Assembly: GCA_964188305.1 (NCBI GenBank)
Contig: OZ076885.1
From: Podarcis bocagei
Lineage: Eukaryota
Strand: one strand, 5' to 3'
Length of the DNA: 64,000 nucleotides
This document shows, one piece after another, positions 25,454-36,560 of the stretch. The position numbers and the translations under genes are program-made. How positions within the stretch are numbered: position 1 is the stretch's first letter; each line of letters starts with the position of its first letter. The notes beneath the pieces were generated by a model. That model worked only from the letters and a program-made list of their open reading frames with translations. It ran no database searches and was not told where the DNA came from.

Positions 25454-25668
25454 CAGTGGTACCTCGGGTTACAGACGCTTCAGGTTACAGACTCCACTAA
25501 CCCAGAAATAGTACCTTGGGTTAAGAACTTTGCTTCAGGGTGAGAACAGAAATCGTGCAGCGGCAGCGGGAGGCCCCATTAGCTACAGTGGTACCTCAGG
25601 TTAAGAACATTTTCAGGTTAAGAACGGACCTCCAGAACGAATTAAGTTCTTAACCCGAGGTACCACTG
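25454..25668. mobile_element. Tc1/mariner-type MITE
   Basis: Perfect 18-bp TIR cagtggtacctcgggtta / taacccgaggtaccactg with TA on both sides. Confidence 0.92.
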
Positions 25669-27147
25669 TACTTATCTATTTGGAATTCTGGCTGTGATCA
25701 GAAATCAGTGCTTCAAATGGAATACACATACAATAGGTAGGTTGTGTTTGTGAGACAATTGTGTAGGGAGCCTTAACTGTGTTTATTATGATATTGTTAT
25801 TTATTGTGTGTAAGCCGCTTTGAGATTCATTTGAATGAAAAGTGGCATAGAAATATAATAAATCAAATCAACCTGGAGGAAAGTGATGAGCTAGTGGAGG
25901 CAGGGCTTGGCAGCACTCCCTGTTGGCATGTGTGCTTACACGTGAGTAGAATTAATGCCCAAATAGGGCTAAGATGCCTGGATAACACTTTACAGAGCTG
26001 ATTTGTGTTTTTGCAACCTTTTAGAAGTCTAAGCTTTCTGTGATTTACTGCTCTTGGTGGATATGTGTTGTATGTTTTTAATGTGTGTGTGTTTCTTTGT
26101 TGCCTTATTCAGGCAATAAGATTTTGGGGTTTGTAGCAAATTCTGAAAGTTACAGGGTGAACTTTTCTTTGACCATCAGTATTCTGCAACACAGACATCA
26201 GATAACTTGACTTTAAAATTTGAATGCTCTTTGGTGGTCCAAAGAGCAATACCGATGCATGTCATGCAGTGTGGCTGGAGCCACGGACAGAATAGGATGA
26301 TATTGATGCGGTAACCCACTGCATGCTAAAATGTTATCTGAACCTGTGAAAAGTCTGAAAGTAGCTCAAAGGGTTTTTTATCAGTGTTCTTCTTTCTTTC
26401 TTCTTAAAGTTTCACAAATGCCATGCATAGGCTGCACACTTCAAATACAAAGAAAGGTTTCTTAGATTTCTGAAGACACTCTTCTACTAGTAGCAATGCC
26501 CGTTCAGCCTGCACTCTCCAGAAAATAGCCCCCCCCCCCAAAAAAGTATCCCAATAGAACCACACCATCCCTCCATCCCCTTTTATGCACTTTTCTGCAT
26601 CCCAACTCTGGATGTGATGTTCCCTGATTAGCTCTCCATGCTTCTTCCCTTAGTGATGTCCTCTTTATCACTACCCTTGAAGCCACTGGGATCCTAATAC
26701 TGGCTGAGTAGCTACAAGCAATAGCAGGATTAGCTCACTGGAGTAGGAATTAGGGCCGTGCAGCAAAGGAAGGCTAAGAACATACTACTTTTAGAGGTTA
26801 GGTATTAGAACCAAGATGTAGTTTGATGGCAGGGTTTCAGGGTTTAGTGCACGGCAGTCAATCATAACAGCAGCCCCAGTGACCACATGCCACCCTCACT
26901 TGCACACGATTCTCCTGCCTGCTATCCTTTTACCCCTTTCTATACACTTCTTCACCGAATCCACTGAGCAGAAGTATACAAGCTGTCTCTACGCATCTGA
27001 AGTGTCTAAAGTGTTTGTGTGAAAGAATGTGTACCTGTTGATTTGCACAGCTCTACTATTGTGTAGTAGAGGTTCACATATTGTACGCTTGTTGAATGTA
27101 ACGTGATTGCCACTCCTGATAGTCACTTCCACTGCACTGCATTAAGG

Positions 27148-27362
27148 TAGGGCTGCCATACATCTGGAATTTCCCAGACATAGCCAGGATTCGTCTGTTG
27201 AAAATGGAGTCCAGGCGTAATTTTCGAAAACTGGCAAAAATGTCTGGTAAAAACTTCCAAGTTTGGGGGGGGGAGGTTTTGCAAAAAGGCTCAACAATTC
27301 CCCCCCCCAACCCCCACAACTTTTGTGTCCAGATTTTCACTGTTTGAAATATGGCAACCCTA
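27148..27362. mobile_element. hAT-type MITE
   Basis: TIRs tagggctgccata / tatggcaacccta. The TSD is degenerate. Confidence 0.7.
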
Positions 27363-29227
27363 ATTAAACGAGTGAAGGAAAGCGCTCTAAATGACTCCTC
27401 TATAGGGTATCCTATGGGGCTTTTGACTTACTAAATTTCCTAGCTCAACTTGCAGACTACATCTTAGAAGGGTTTCCCTGGCAAATGGTAGAGACAGATA
27501 TGTCTCTCTTATTGGATACTGGTATTTTTTCAGGCATAATTAGATTAGAATGCATAACACAAATCTGATGGGGCTCGCTTGTGAACTCACTAGTTTAAGC
27601 ATTCATTCTCTCTTTTACTCCTTGTACATATAAGAGCTAAGTTCATTTTCAGCCACAAGCTTTTGTTTATGGGAATTTGCCCTCCTAAGTGTTGCACGGT
27701 GTTAAATTTACTTCTAGTATAAACAAATTAACAAAACTGATGCTGTACATTAGAATCTGGTGTTGTAATTCTCTTAAATGTTAGGCATTTATTGATTTGG
27801 TTGCACATTATGCTTCATGTTTGACCCGTTGAGGAGCATGCACTTGGAGGGTTTGCCTCGAAGGGTTAATTTCATTTTGTTCCTATTCCCAGCAGCTGTC
27901 AAAGGTGTTGAAACATTGGGTATTTATCTTCTTGATAAATGCTGCCCATTTGGATTTGATCAGAGCACTTTCAATTTATTCCTGCCAGTGTGAAGTTAGA
28001 CATCAAGATCTAGAGCGATAAGGAAAAGGAATTCCATTATGACAAGAAAGGTCTACCAAACCTTGTCTGGAAGCAAACAGAGGGATGGTACAGCAAATTC
28101 AACTTGGCTGTTGCTGAATGTAGATTATAAAGCAGTTCAATAATTGAGAAACCAATAAAGAAACACAAACGTTATCTTATTTCATTTAATGTGCCGTAGG
28201 TTGTTCCTCAGCGATAGGTTATCAAAGTAATTATTTTCTTGGGCTTACATAAGTTACATGTGATTGTGTCAATTCACGTATTGAAAGGTTTACTCTATGA
28301 AAGTAATTTGGGGAAGATTTTAGAATATGTTTCCCGGTTTGAAACTGTTATTAGCATACTCTTTGATTTTAGTTACAATTAAAGATTCTAAGAAATATGA
28401 TGCCATAATTATTCTGTTATGTATTATAAATAATCATGATTCCCGCTAAAAGCTTTAGGGATAATAGCAACTTTTAAGATCAACAATTTCTGAAGAGCCA
28501 AGGTTATTAAGTTTTCTTTCTCGAGTTTGGTTTAATTGTGATTATCCTCCTAGTGAGCCTTCATGCTGATATGATTCCATAAAACTTGCATGGAAGTTAT
28601 TCAGTGTTGCCTGTTTATATATGACATTGCCAGGTTATTATCCCTCACTTTCCTGTGCAATTTTCTGATACTCTTCTTATCTTCCCCCTTTTTTGCAGTT
28701 AGAAAAGTGACACCATGATTGCACTAGAAAGTGTGGGATAGCAGCCAAATTTTGTGTGAATAAACAGCCTGCCTGATAGCACCCATCGCCTGTTATCTTG
28801 TAAGCAAGGACTGGGCCTTGCAACATTTTGTTCGTTTGCAAGTTTTGTTGTGTTGAAAGGGGACAGTGGGAATGAATTCAATAGAGAGAAAGAGTGAAAT
28901 GTGCATAGTAAGGGTGACCCAAGTTTGACTGAGTTTCCAGATAAGTAATAAATATATTTATTTATTAAATATATTTATATTTATTAAGCGGTGACCGGGA
29001 AGTATGTGTGGTTTAGACCAAGGTTGGGGAACATTTTTGAGCCTGAGGGCTGGATCAAGAAATGGCCCACACTCTAGTGACCATAACTGGTAGGTGGGCA
29101 GATCCACTCCATCAGTCACCAGACTTCATCATGACGTCAGATGACAACTTCAAAGGAGCTCATCGTCAGCACCAATCAGCTGACAAAAGCTAACAATGTG
29201 CTTGGCTTTGTCCATTTGCAGGAACGG

Positions 29228-29331
29228 TTTGGATTCAAACTGTGCCTGCAAATGGGCATTTCTCCTCTGCAGACTAGCAGAGCTGTCTGTAAAAGAAAAA
29301 TGTCAGTTTGCAGGCACGGCTTGAATCCAAA
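29228..29331. repeat. Imperfect palindrome, probably the core of an old DNA transposon (about 29018-30245)
   Basis: tttggattcaaactgtgcctgcaaat ... gtttgcaggcacggcttgaatccaaa. Confidence 0.65.
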
Positions 29332-31976
29332 TAGCACTTGCCCATGGACTACTTCAATATCTATGCCAATCAGCTAATAGCTGATTTAGAGTTAGCTTTG
29401 CAGGTCAGACCTGTTGAGTATAGCTCCAAGGCCAGAAGAGAGAAGACCTTGCTCCTGGGAAATGATAATCCAGCCTCACCAGAATATGGAAACGTGAGAA
29501 GGGCCACAGTGACAATTCTTTAAACTCTGTAGCACAGGGTGTTCATATGGGGGAAGGTCTTCCTTGAAATGATCAGGGCTTAGATCATGTACAACCAAGG
29601 CACAAACCCAACTGTGTTAGCCTATGTAGGTGTTTCAGAATAGGTACAATATCTTTGCTCCTTAGCTCTCTCTCGTTTAATAATCTATGGGCAGCAACAT
29701 TTTGTGCTAGCTAAAGTTGGCAGCTCATTCTGCTTTATGTGCCCATGTGGATGAAATGAGGCATGATTCATCCATGGCTGGTTTTAAGTGACATTCTAAC
29801 CTAGTTTAGTGTTTCAAGAATGATCCTAGGGCTTGCCTGCTTTTTACATACAATATGCGGCAGCAATTGTGTGTGTCCATATGGCAGAACAACAATGGAT
29901 CCCAGCTCCTTGCTATTGGCGCGCTTGCCTTGGGCTGGATTGCAACTGCATTTCCAGCATGCATACATCACATTGCTTGGAATGGCCCCTGGATGTCTAG
30001 CCAGTATGATCTGACATGTGTTTGGGCTGATCATTGGTATTTGCTGAGAGCCCATTGCGGTGCTTTGAAGACCTGACAGCTGATTGTCATGGTTTCAAGG
30101 CACCGTGCACACAAGATGGTTTAATTTTTAAGCCTTGTGGGCAAAAATGCATCACCTGACATCAGGTGATTTACAGGTGGGCCATTTGGCCAAAATGGGG
30201 GAACTAAGAATATGGCCTGCTGAACAGATGCTGTTGCTCACCCTGGTGGAGATAGTACTGAGCTAGATAGACCTAGTATCAGGCAGTTTCCTGTGCTTAC
30301 CACCCCAGTAAGGAGCTTTCTACATTACATTTCACCTTTTGAGTTAGTCCTGCCTTCCAAGAAAATGTCACCTGTAATTGATTCCTGCATTGACTAGGGT
30401 CAGATAAAGGAGGGAAAAGTTTGGATTTGGTTTACAGACATGAGGCTTCTCCTCACATAAAACCATCTATAGTCATATAAAGCTGGGAAGTAGCAGCACA
30501 GAGGCTGCAAATTTGGCATTTAGAGTCACAAAGATTCTGAGCTTCTGTCTTTAACAAGCATCCCGTTACCAATATTGATAATGATGGGGCTAATGCATCC
30601 TGCCTGCCGCACCTGTTAAAGCAAGTGAGTATACCTGACATAGTCCTTGGCTACTTGCTTTTAGTGTGTCTCTGCAAGATAACTTTTTTTAATGTGGTAA
30701 ACATTGTCTGTCTTTGCAGTGTGTAGGACTCCTCCATCACACAGAAGTACTTAAGATTAAAGCCTTAATATTTAATAAGCTCTCTATTGTTATATGGAGA
30801 GTGTGCCAATGTGAAATTGGGCAGGCAGCTCTGTGGATTAATGGAAATGGGCAGCAGGGTTTAAAAGCCCCCAGTGATAATCTGTAAATATGCTTAGGCA
30901 CTGTCTCTCTGCAGCACCGCTGGGGAATCCTTTTCTTTCCCTATTTCATGAATATAAATCATCTTTGCAATTCCTAGGCATCATTACCTGTTTGTCATGT
31001 GGGATTTTGGGAACATTATTAGTTTGTATGAGGGCATCTGCTCAACCTGAGCATGGATGTAATTCCTTCACCTCCTAAAATCCTGATGCTTATTAAGTGG
31101 TATCATGGAAACAATTGTGAGTGAGTTTTAAAAAGGAGAAGGGGTGAGAATGAGTAAAGCAATCTCTGGCACTTTAAAATAAGCAGAGCCACTCACTATG
31201 TGGCGACATGAATAAGCAGACAGACAATCTGATATGAAAGCCGAGATAAATCTAGAGAGATTTGAGGGATATTCAGGGTGCATATCAGTTTTAAGCCTTA
31301 TGCATTGAGTGGTCCTCCCTGTTTATAGCCGGCTTCCACTTTCTAGGTTAGGCATCCCTGTATTGCCTGGCTTCAGGTAGGGATGCCTATGATACCGCCA
31401 AAGAGTAAATGATGCATTCCAGAATAAATGAACCCAAAATTGCCAATATAGTTCTCGGAACAATTAAATGCAAATTCTCCGCTATGCTTCCACAAGATTA
31501 CTATGCATATATTTATGCGAAGTGCTGGCACTTTCAATTTACGTTTCAATTTTGCATTTAATGCACTGTAAAGCATTGAGCGAAACAGTAGTATCAGAGG
31601 AAGAGCCAGCTAAATTAGAAAGAGAAAGCCTTGTGCACCCTCAGCAATAACAATAGAAGTGTCATCTATTATTTCCGTTTATATGCAGCAATATCTCTTC
31701 TCGTAAACAAGGCACTGGAGCATTCAATTAATCAATAGACCAGAATGACTGAATATCCTGAGAGTCTGTTTTCTTTGTTAGGTCTCTGCATGGCAAGTGG
31801 TGCGACGACTGACCAACCCACAGTGGCGGAGGTGGCAGTCCCTGCACCGGCTTCTGGTGTGAATTTGTGAGGAAGTAGTACAGTCTTTGCCCTGCCTCAT
31901 GTGGCCTCCCACTCTTTGCCTTGTGCTTCCCAGTTGCACTGCACATCACCATTTCTCTCTTTAAACAGGTATGATG

Positions 31977-32340
31977 CGGGTGGCGCTGTGGTGTAAACCA
32001 TTGAGCCTTGGGCTTGCCAATCGGAAGATCGGCGGTTCAAATCCCTGCAACAGAGTGAGCTCCCATTGTTCAGTCCCAGCTCCTGCCAACCTAGCAGTTT
32101 GAAAGCACCTCAAAGTGCAAGTAGATAAATAGGCACAGCTCTGGCAGGAAGGTAAACGGCATTTCCGTGCGCTGCTCTGGTTTCGCCAGAAGCGGCTTAG
32201 TCTTCTGGCCACATGACCCAGAAAAAAACTGTCTGCATACAAACGTCAGCTCCCTCGGGCAGTAAAGCGAGATGAGCGCCACAACCCTAGAGTCGCGCAC
32301 GACTGGACTTAACTGTCAGGGGTCCTTTACCTTTACCTTT
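31977..32340 (+). mobile_element. Sauria SINE flanked by ~100-bp direct repeat
   Basis: Head gcgggtggcgctgtgg and tail tcctttacctttaccttt. The flanks 31876-31976 and 32341-32469 are duplicates. Confidence 0.93.
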
Positions 32341-32773
32341 TAGTACAGTCTTTGCCCTGCCTCATGTGGCCTCCCACTCTTTGCCTTGTGCTTCCCAGTT
32401 GTGCTGCACATCACCATTTCTCTCTTTATTTTTTTATTTTTTTCTCTCTCTCTTTAAACAGGTATGATGTGCTCTCCAAATTTGTGTGGATCATTTGTTT
32501 TTCCAGTATTACATTTCCCCTCTCTTGTGTTCATCCTTGTCCTATTCTTACTAGCAGAGTTTGTTTTATTTGGTATGTTTGTTTTTTAAAAAAATGCTAG
32601 GCCTCTGGCCATCTTAGACTGGGAGAGGAAAACCTTTCCTATGAAGGGCAATTGACCTATGGAGAATGTTAATTGTGGGGTCTGCAGCCAGTGGTGGGTG
32701 CAGTTTACAACATTGCAGGATTGTGTGACTTTTTATTTATATGTTCTACCTTATCCCATCTCTACCTCTCTAC

Positions 32774-32775
<2 letters not shown>

Positions 32776-32848
<73 letters not shown>

Positions 32849-32851
32849 ACA
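32776..32851. repeat. (CT)n(CA)n compound microsatellite
   Basis: Read directly. Confidence 0.97.
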
Positions 32852-35418
32852 AATGAAACAGAGGTGAATTCCAGTGGGGCTGGGTGGAGTGCAAGCATAG
32901 CTCCCAAAGTGTCCGCAGAGCCAGATGAACTGCATCCAGCCCTCTGACCACAGGTTTCTTCACCCCGGGTTTAGAGTCTAGACACTTTGCTAACTTTTCT
33001 GTTAGCACCGGTGGCAAAGCAGCTGCTTTATGATCCTATCACAAGGTTCTTCTCCCTGTGATCATTGTGAACTTCTGCCTGTTAATATCTGGCCTGCTTA
33101 AATGCAATGCCATGTAGTACTTTTAAAACTCCATTTAGGAGGCCCACAATGTCACTTGTGATTGAAACACATATAACAACTAACATCTCAGCTTGTAGAA
33201 GCCTAAGCCAAGGGAAAGCTTGGACCATCTGGATTCCCTGTAAAGGCAGCTGCATCAGATGATTCAGTGGGCAAGGCAATTTTATTCCTCTCCCTGCTGT
33301 ATCTGCAATTAAAAGATAAGTAGGCAATGTTACCCGGAAGAGGCTTGGTTGCCTCCTCCTCCTCATGTCACTGATGTCACAGCACACTGTGATTGACCAA
33401 ATATGCTCAGCATTTTTGCCCGGGTTGGGAGGGGGAGAGATGAGACTGGTGTGGGTGGTCATTTGCTACCCTTTGCTATGGCATTAAAAATAAGTTTGCA
33501 GCCATGTTCCATGGAGGTGTGCCTTCCCTGTTCTGAAAATACCAACTGACTCATTTGCTTGCAGCAGTGTGTTATAGTAGATCCAAGCATCCTTTCCACA
33601 AGCTTAAACATGTAGCAGGAAGCTATCATGTAGTCCATGTCCCCTACCCCACTCCTCTGCAGCACTAGCCTTTAGGACCTGAGTGGGATGCTTAAAAGAC
33701 TAAGAAAATACTGAATCAAGTGAGCTACTTGGGGACTATGTCTGAGGAGTTAGTGAAGCAAGTTGTTAATCAGAAGAGCATTTGGATGTTATGTAAATTA
33801 CCAGAAGGTGGCCCTAAAGCTTTATGTTAAGAGTTCAAAAGAATTTTCATAGTGTAATTTATGTTCCTTCAACTCCTCATTCAGCAGAGTGAACTGAATA
33901 CAAATTACTTCTTAGGTTTTATGAGATGTTTCAAGCAAAGCTTACCAAAGTTAACTAAACTACCTCCTAACAGGCATGGTAAAAAACTGAACCAAAATAC
34001 AGACATGTGACACAGCGAACATCCAAAAAAAGTAGGCCAAGTTGTGTGAGTAAAGTAATACCATAATTTCTCAGGGCACCATTTGAAGAAAATGCAATGA
34101 AATTAAAGAACTGCAAGAAAACTCAAGGAGTTGAAACAGGAGTGTGGCATTCAGTTAAGGGAATATCTGTAAAATAAATATATTTTTGACTCCAGCAGCA
34201 ATCACCACCATACCTTATGCATCCTCATCACATTTGAATCGGTTGGGTTCTTTGTTTAATATGTCCCCTGAATTTCTTTTTATGGAAATGAGAATGTCCG
34301 TAAAAAATAAAATAAGAAAGCAAGAAAATGCAACCAGTTAAAATCAGTAAGACTAATTTGCATGTAGTTGATTTAAATGGGGCTAAAGCATGACTACCTT
34401 TGCTTGGCATTAGACTGCCACATTTTGCTAATTGTGAAGTGTACATTCTAGGATATTAATCTGATAGTGTCACTTTTTCAATAAAACCATAGTTTAGTTT
34501 GCTAAAGTGCTAGTTCTAATACTCTCATTGAAACAGCAACAGATACTGAAATTTCAGGGCAGAGAACTCTCAGCATTGTTAAGTTTCCCAATGAAAGGAT
34601 AAGCTTTGATCAGTCTAATGATATGCATATACATTTAGTAGTTTGCATGATATATGGAAGCATCTTGGCATATTTTTCCATGTAGATTACCAACCATCGA
34701 TTCATTAAAGAAAAGAAAGAGCTTTGAGGCAGTTATTGAATTTGTGATGGGGGGGGGGAGCAGCAGAGCAGGTTCTCATAAACTTCCACCTTTTAAACTT
34801 AGGAACTGTAAATTTATCAGATATATTTCTGAAGTGCCTTTTCAATGAGGGCCTAAACTAATAGACTTAAGATTTAATCATTACACTTCAGAGAAATAAT
34901 AAATAGATACCGAAACAACTGTAGCTTTTAACATGTTCCTTTTATGTTCTGCTTTGTACAAAAGCTTCATTATTAATGTTAGTAATGGTATGGCTGCATT
35001 GTACTTACTAACAATTCTAGACAAAATGTAGCTTTGAAAGACAATGATCACATAAGGATTTTCCCTGGGTTAAATGTATGAAATGTTGTTAATACTTCCT
35101 TTAACATGATTCTACAGAATTGTACAAAAAATACTTGCAAACTAAAACTCTGCTGAGTAGATTAATAGTATTTTAGCAACATGGGAATTGCTTCAGTTTT
35201 TTAGTTTTTTGTTTTACCTTATCTGCCTGTCTCGTCTGCTTTCTTCCTACCTCTCCTTTGACTTTCTAATTTAAAAGAAACGCAAAATAAATACAGTACC
35301 GCTGCACTGCCTCCCATGAAGTAACAATGACCTAGTTGAAAGCCACCCATTGCTACTACACCCTCAGCAGATATCTGTTGGATGCCAAGGTAATCCCTAT
35401 GCATTAGATGGTTACATA

Positions 35419-35773
35419 CAGTGGTGCCTCGCAAGATGAAATTAATTCGTTCCGCGAGTTTTATCGGCTTGCGATTTTTTCCGTCTTGCGAAGCACGGTG
35501 TCGGGAAAGTTTTGGAAAAGCTTCAAAAATCACCAAAGTCTTAAAAAACCTCAAAAAAGGCTACCACACCGCGTTCTATGAGTTGCTCCTCGAAGTCAAG
35601 TCGCAACTGTATTAACGGTGTTAAGAAAAAGGAAACAAACTTGCAAGACGTTTTCGTCTTGCGAAGCAAGCCCATAGGGAAATTCGTCTTGTGAAGCAGC
35701 TCAAAAAACAAAAAACCCTTTCGTCTAGCGAGTTTTTTGTCTTGCGAGGCATTCGTCTTGCGAGGTACCACTG
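35419..35773 (-). mobile_element. Tc1/mariner-type MITE, longer copy of the 22507 family in opposite orientation
   Basis: TA|cagtggtgcctcgcaaga ... tcttgcgaggtaccactg|TA. Its right end in reverse complement matches the first ~55 nt of the 22507 copy. Confidence 0.92.
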
Positions 35774-36373
35774 TATTTACTTTTATTATGGTTAGGCAAA
35801 TGCGGATCTTTTTTGAAAACTTATATAGCTGAAGGGTTAAAGGACTGACATTCATATTCCTGCTGATACTCAGAATCAAACCCATTATGCCAATATTTCA
35901 TGACAATGGTACATGAATACTTCTGGTCATGACCTACATAAGAAGTTTATTTTATTTAAAATTGTGTGATGGAATCACGGAAGTGACATGAAGGAACTCT
36001 CTTTTGGCTGAAAATTGTAAAATGGGAAGCAGCCATCATGACCGTGTGATTTCTGCAAGTTATCTGTTTAGGTTTTCACTTGCCACTTATTCTTCAGTGT
36101 TGGTCAGTATATTTTGGGACTGTGTTAAGGCTGCATGTCAGGCATGCATTGTGGCTACACTGTGCATCAATGCTTAACTTTTGAGTTTGGCGGACTCCAT
36201 AAAATTTTATTTCTTACATCCTTGTTTCTGATAACACATTGGAAGTGCTGTGAATGATGGCAAATATTCCACCCCGACCCCCTTATTAGACACGGTAGTT
36301 TCATTGGTGATGGTGGTAACACAGGAATGAATTCAATGGGAAGTGAAACTGCTGGTGTGAACTGAACTGAGGG

Positions 36374-36560
36374 GAAGGGCCATGGCTCAGTACGGTGTGC
36401 ATGCAGAGGGTCCCATGTGCAATTCCTGGCATCTTCAGGTAGGGCCGGGAATGTCCTCCCTCTGAAACCCGGAAGGGGGTGGGGGCTACTGCCTGCAGAC
36501 AGTACTGAGTTAGCTGGACCAGTTGACTCAGTATAAAGCAGCTGCCTTTGTTCCTATGAC
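36374..36560 (+). mobile_element. tRNA-derived SINE (Squam2-like), degraded
   Basis: gggccatggctcagt...gcatgcagagggtccc...gactcagtataaagcagctgcctttgttcctatg. Confidence 0.7.

Noticed and set aside
26225-26248. 10-bp stem hairpin tgctctttgg-tggt-ccaaagagca
   Set aside because: Too short to separate from chance in 64 kb, with no supporting context.
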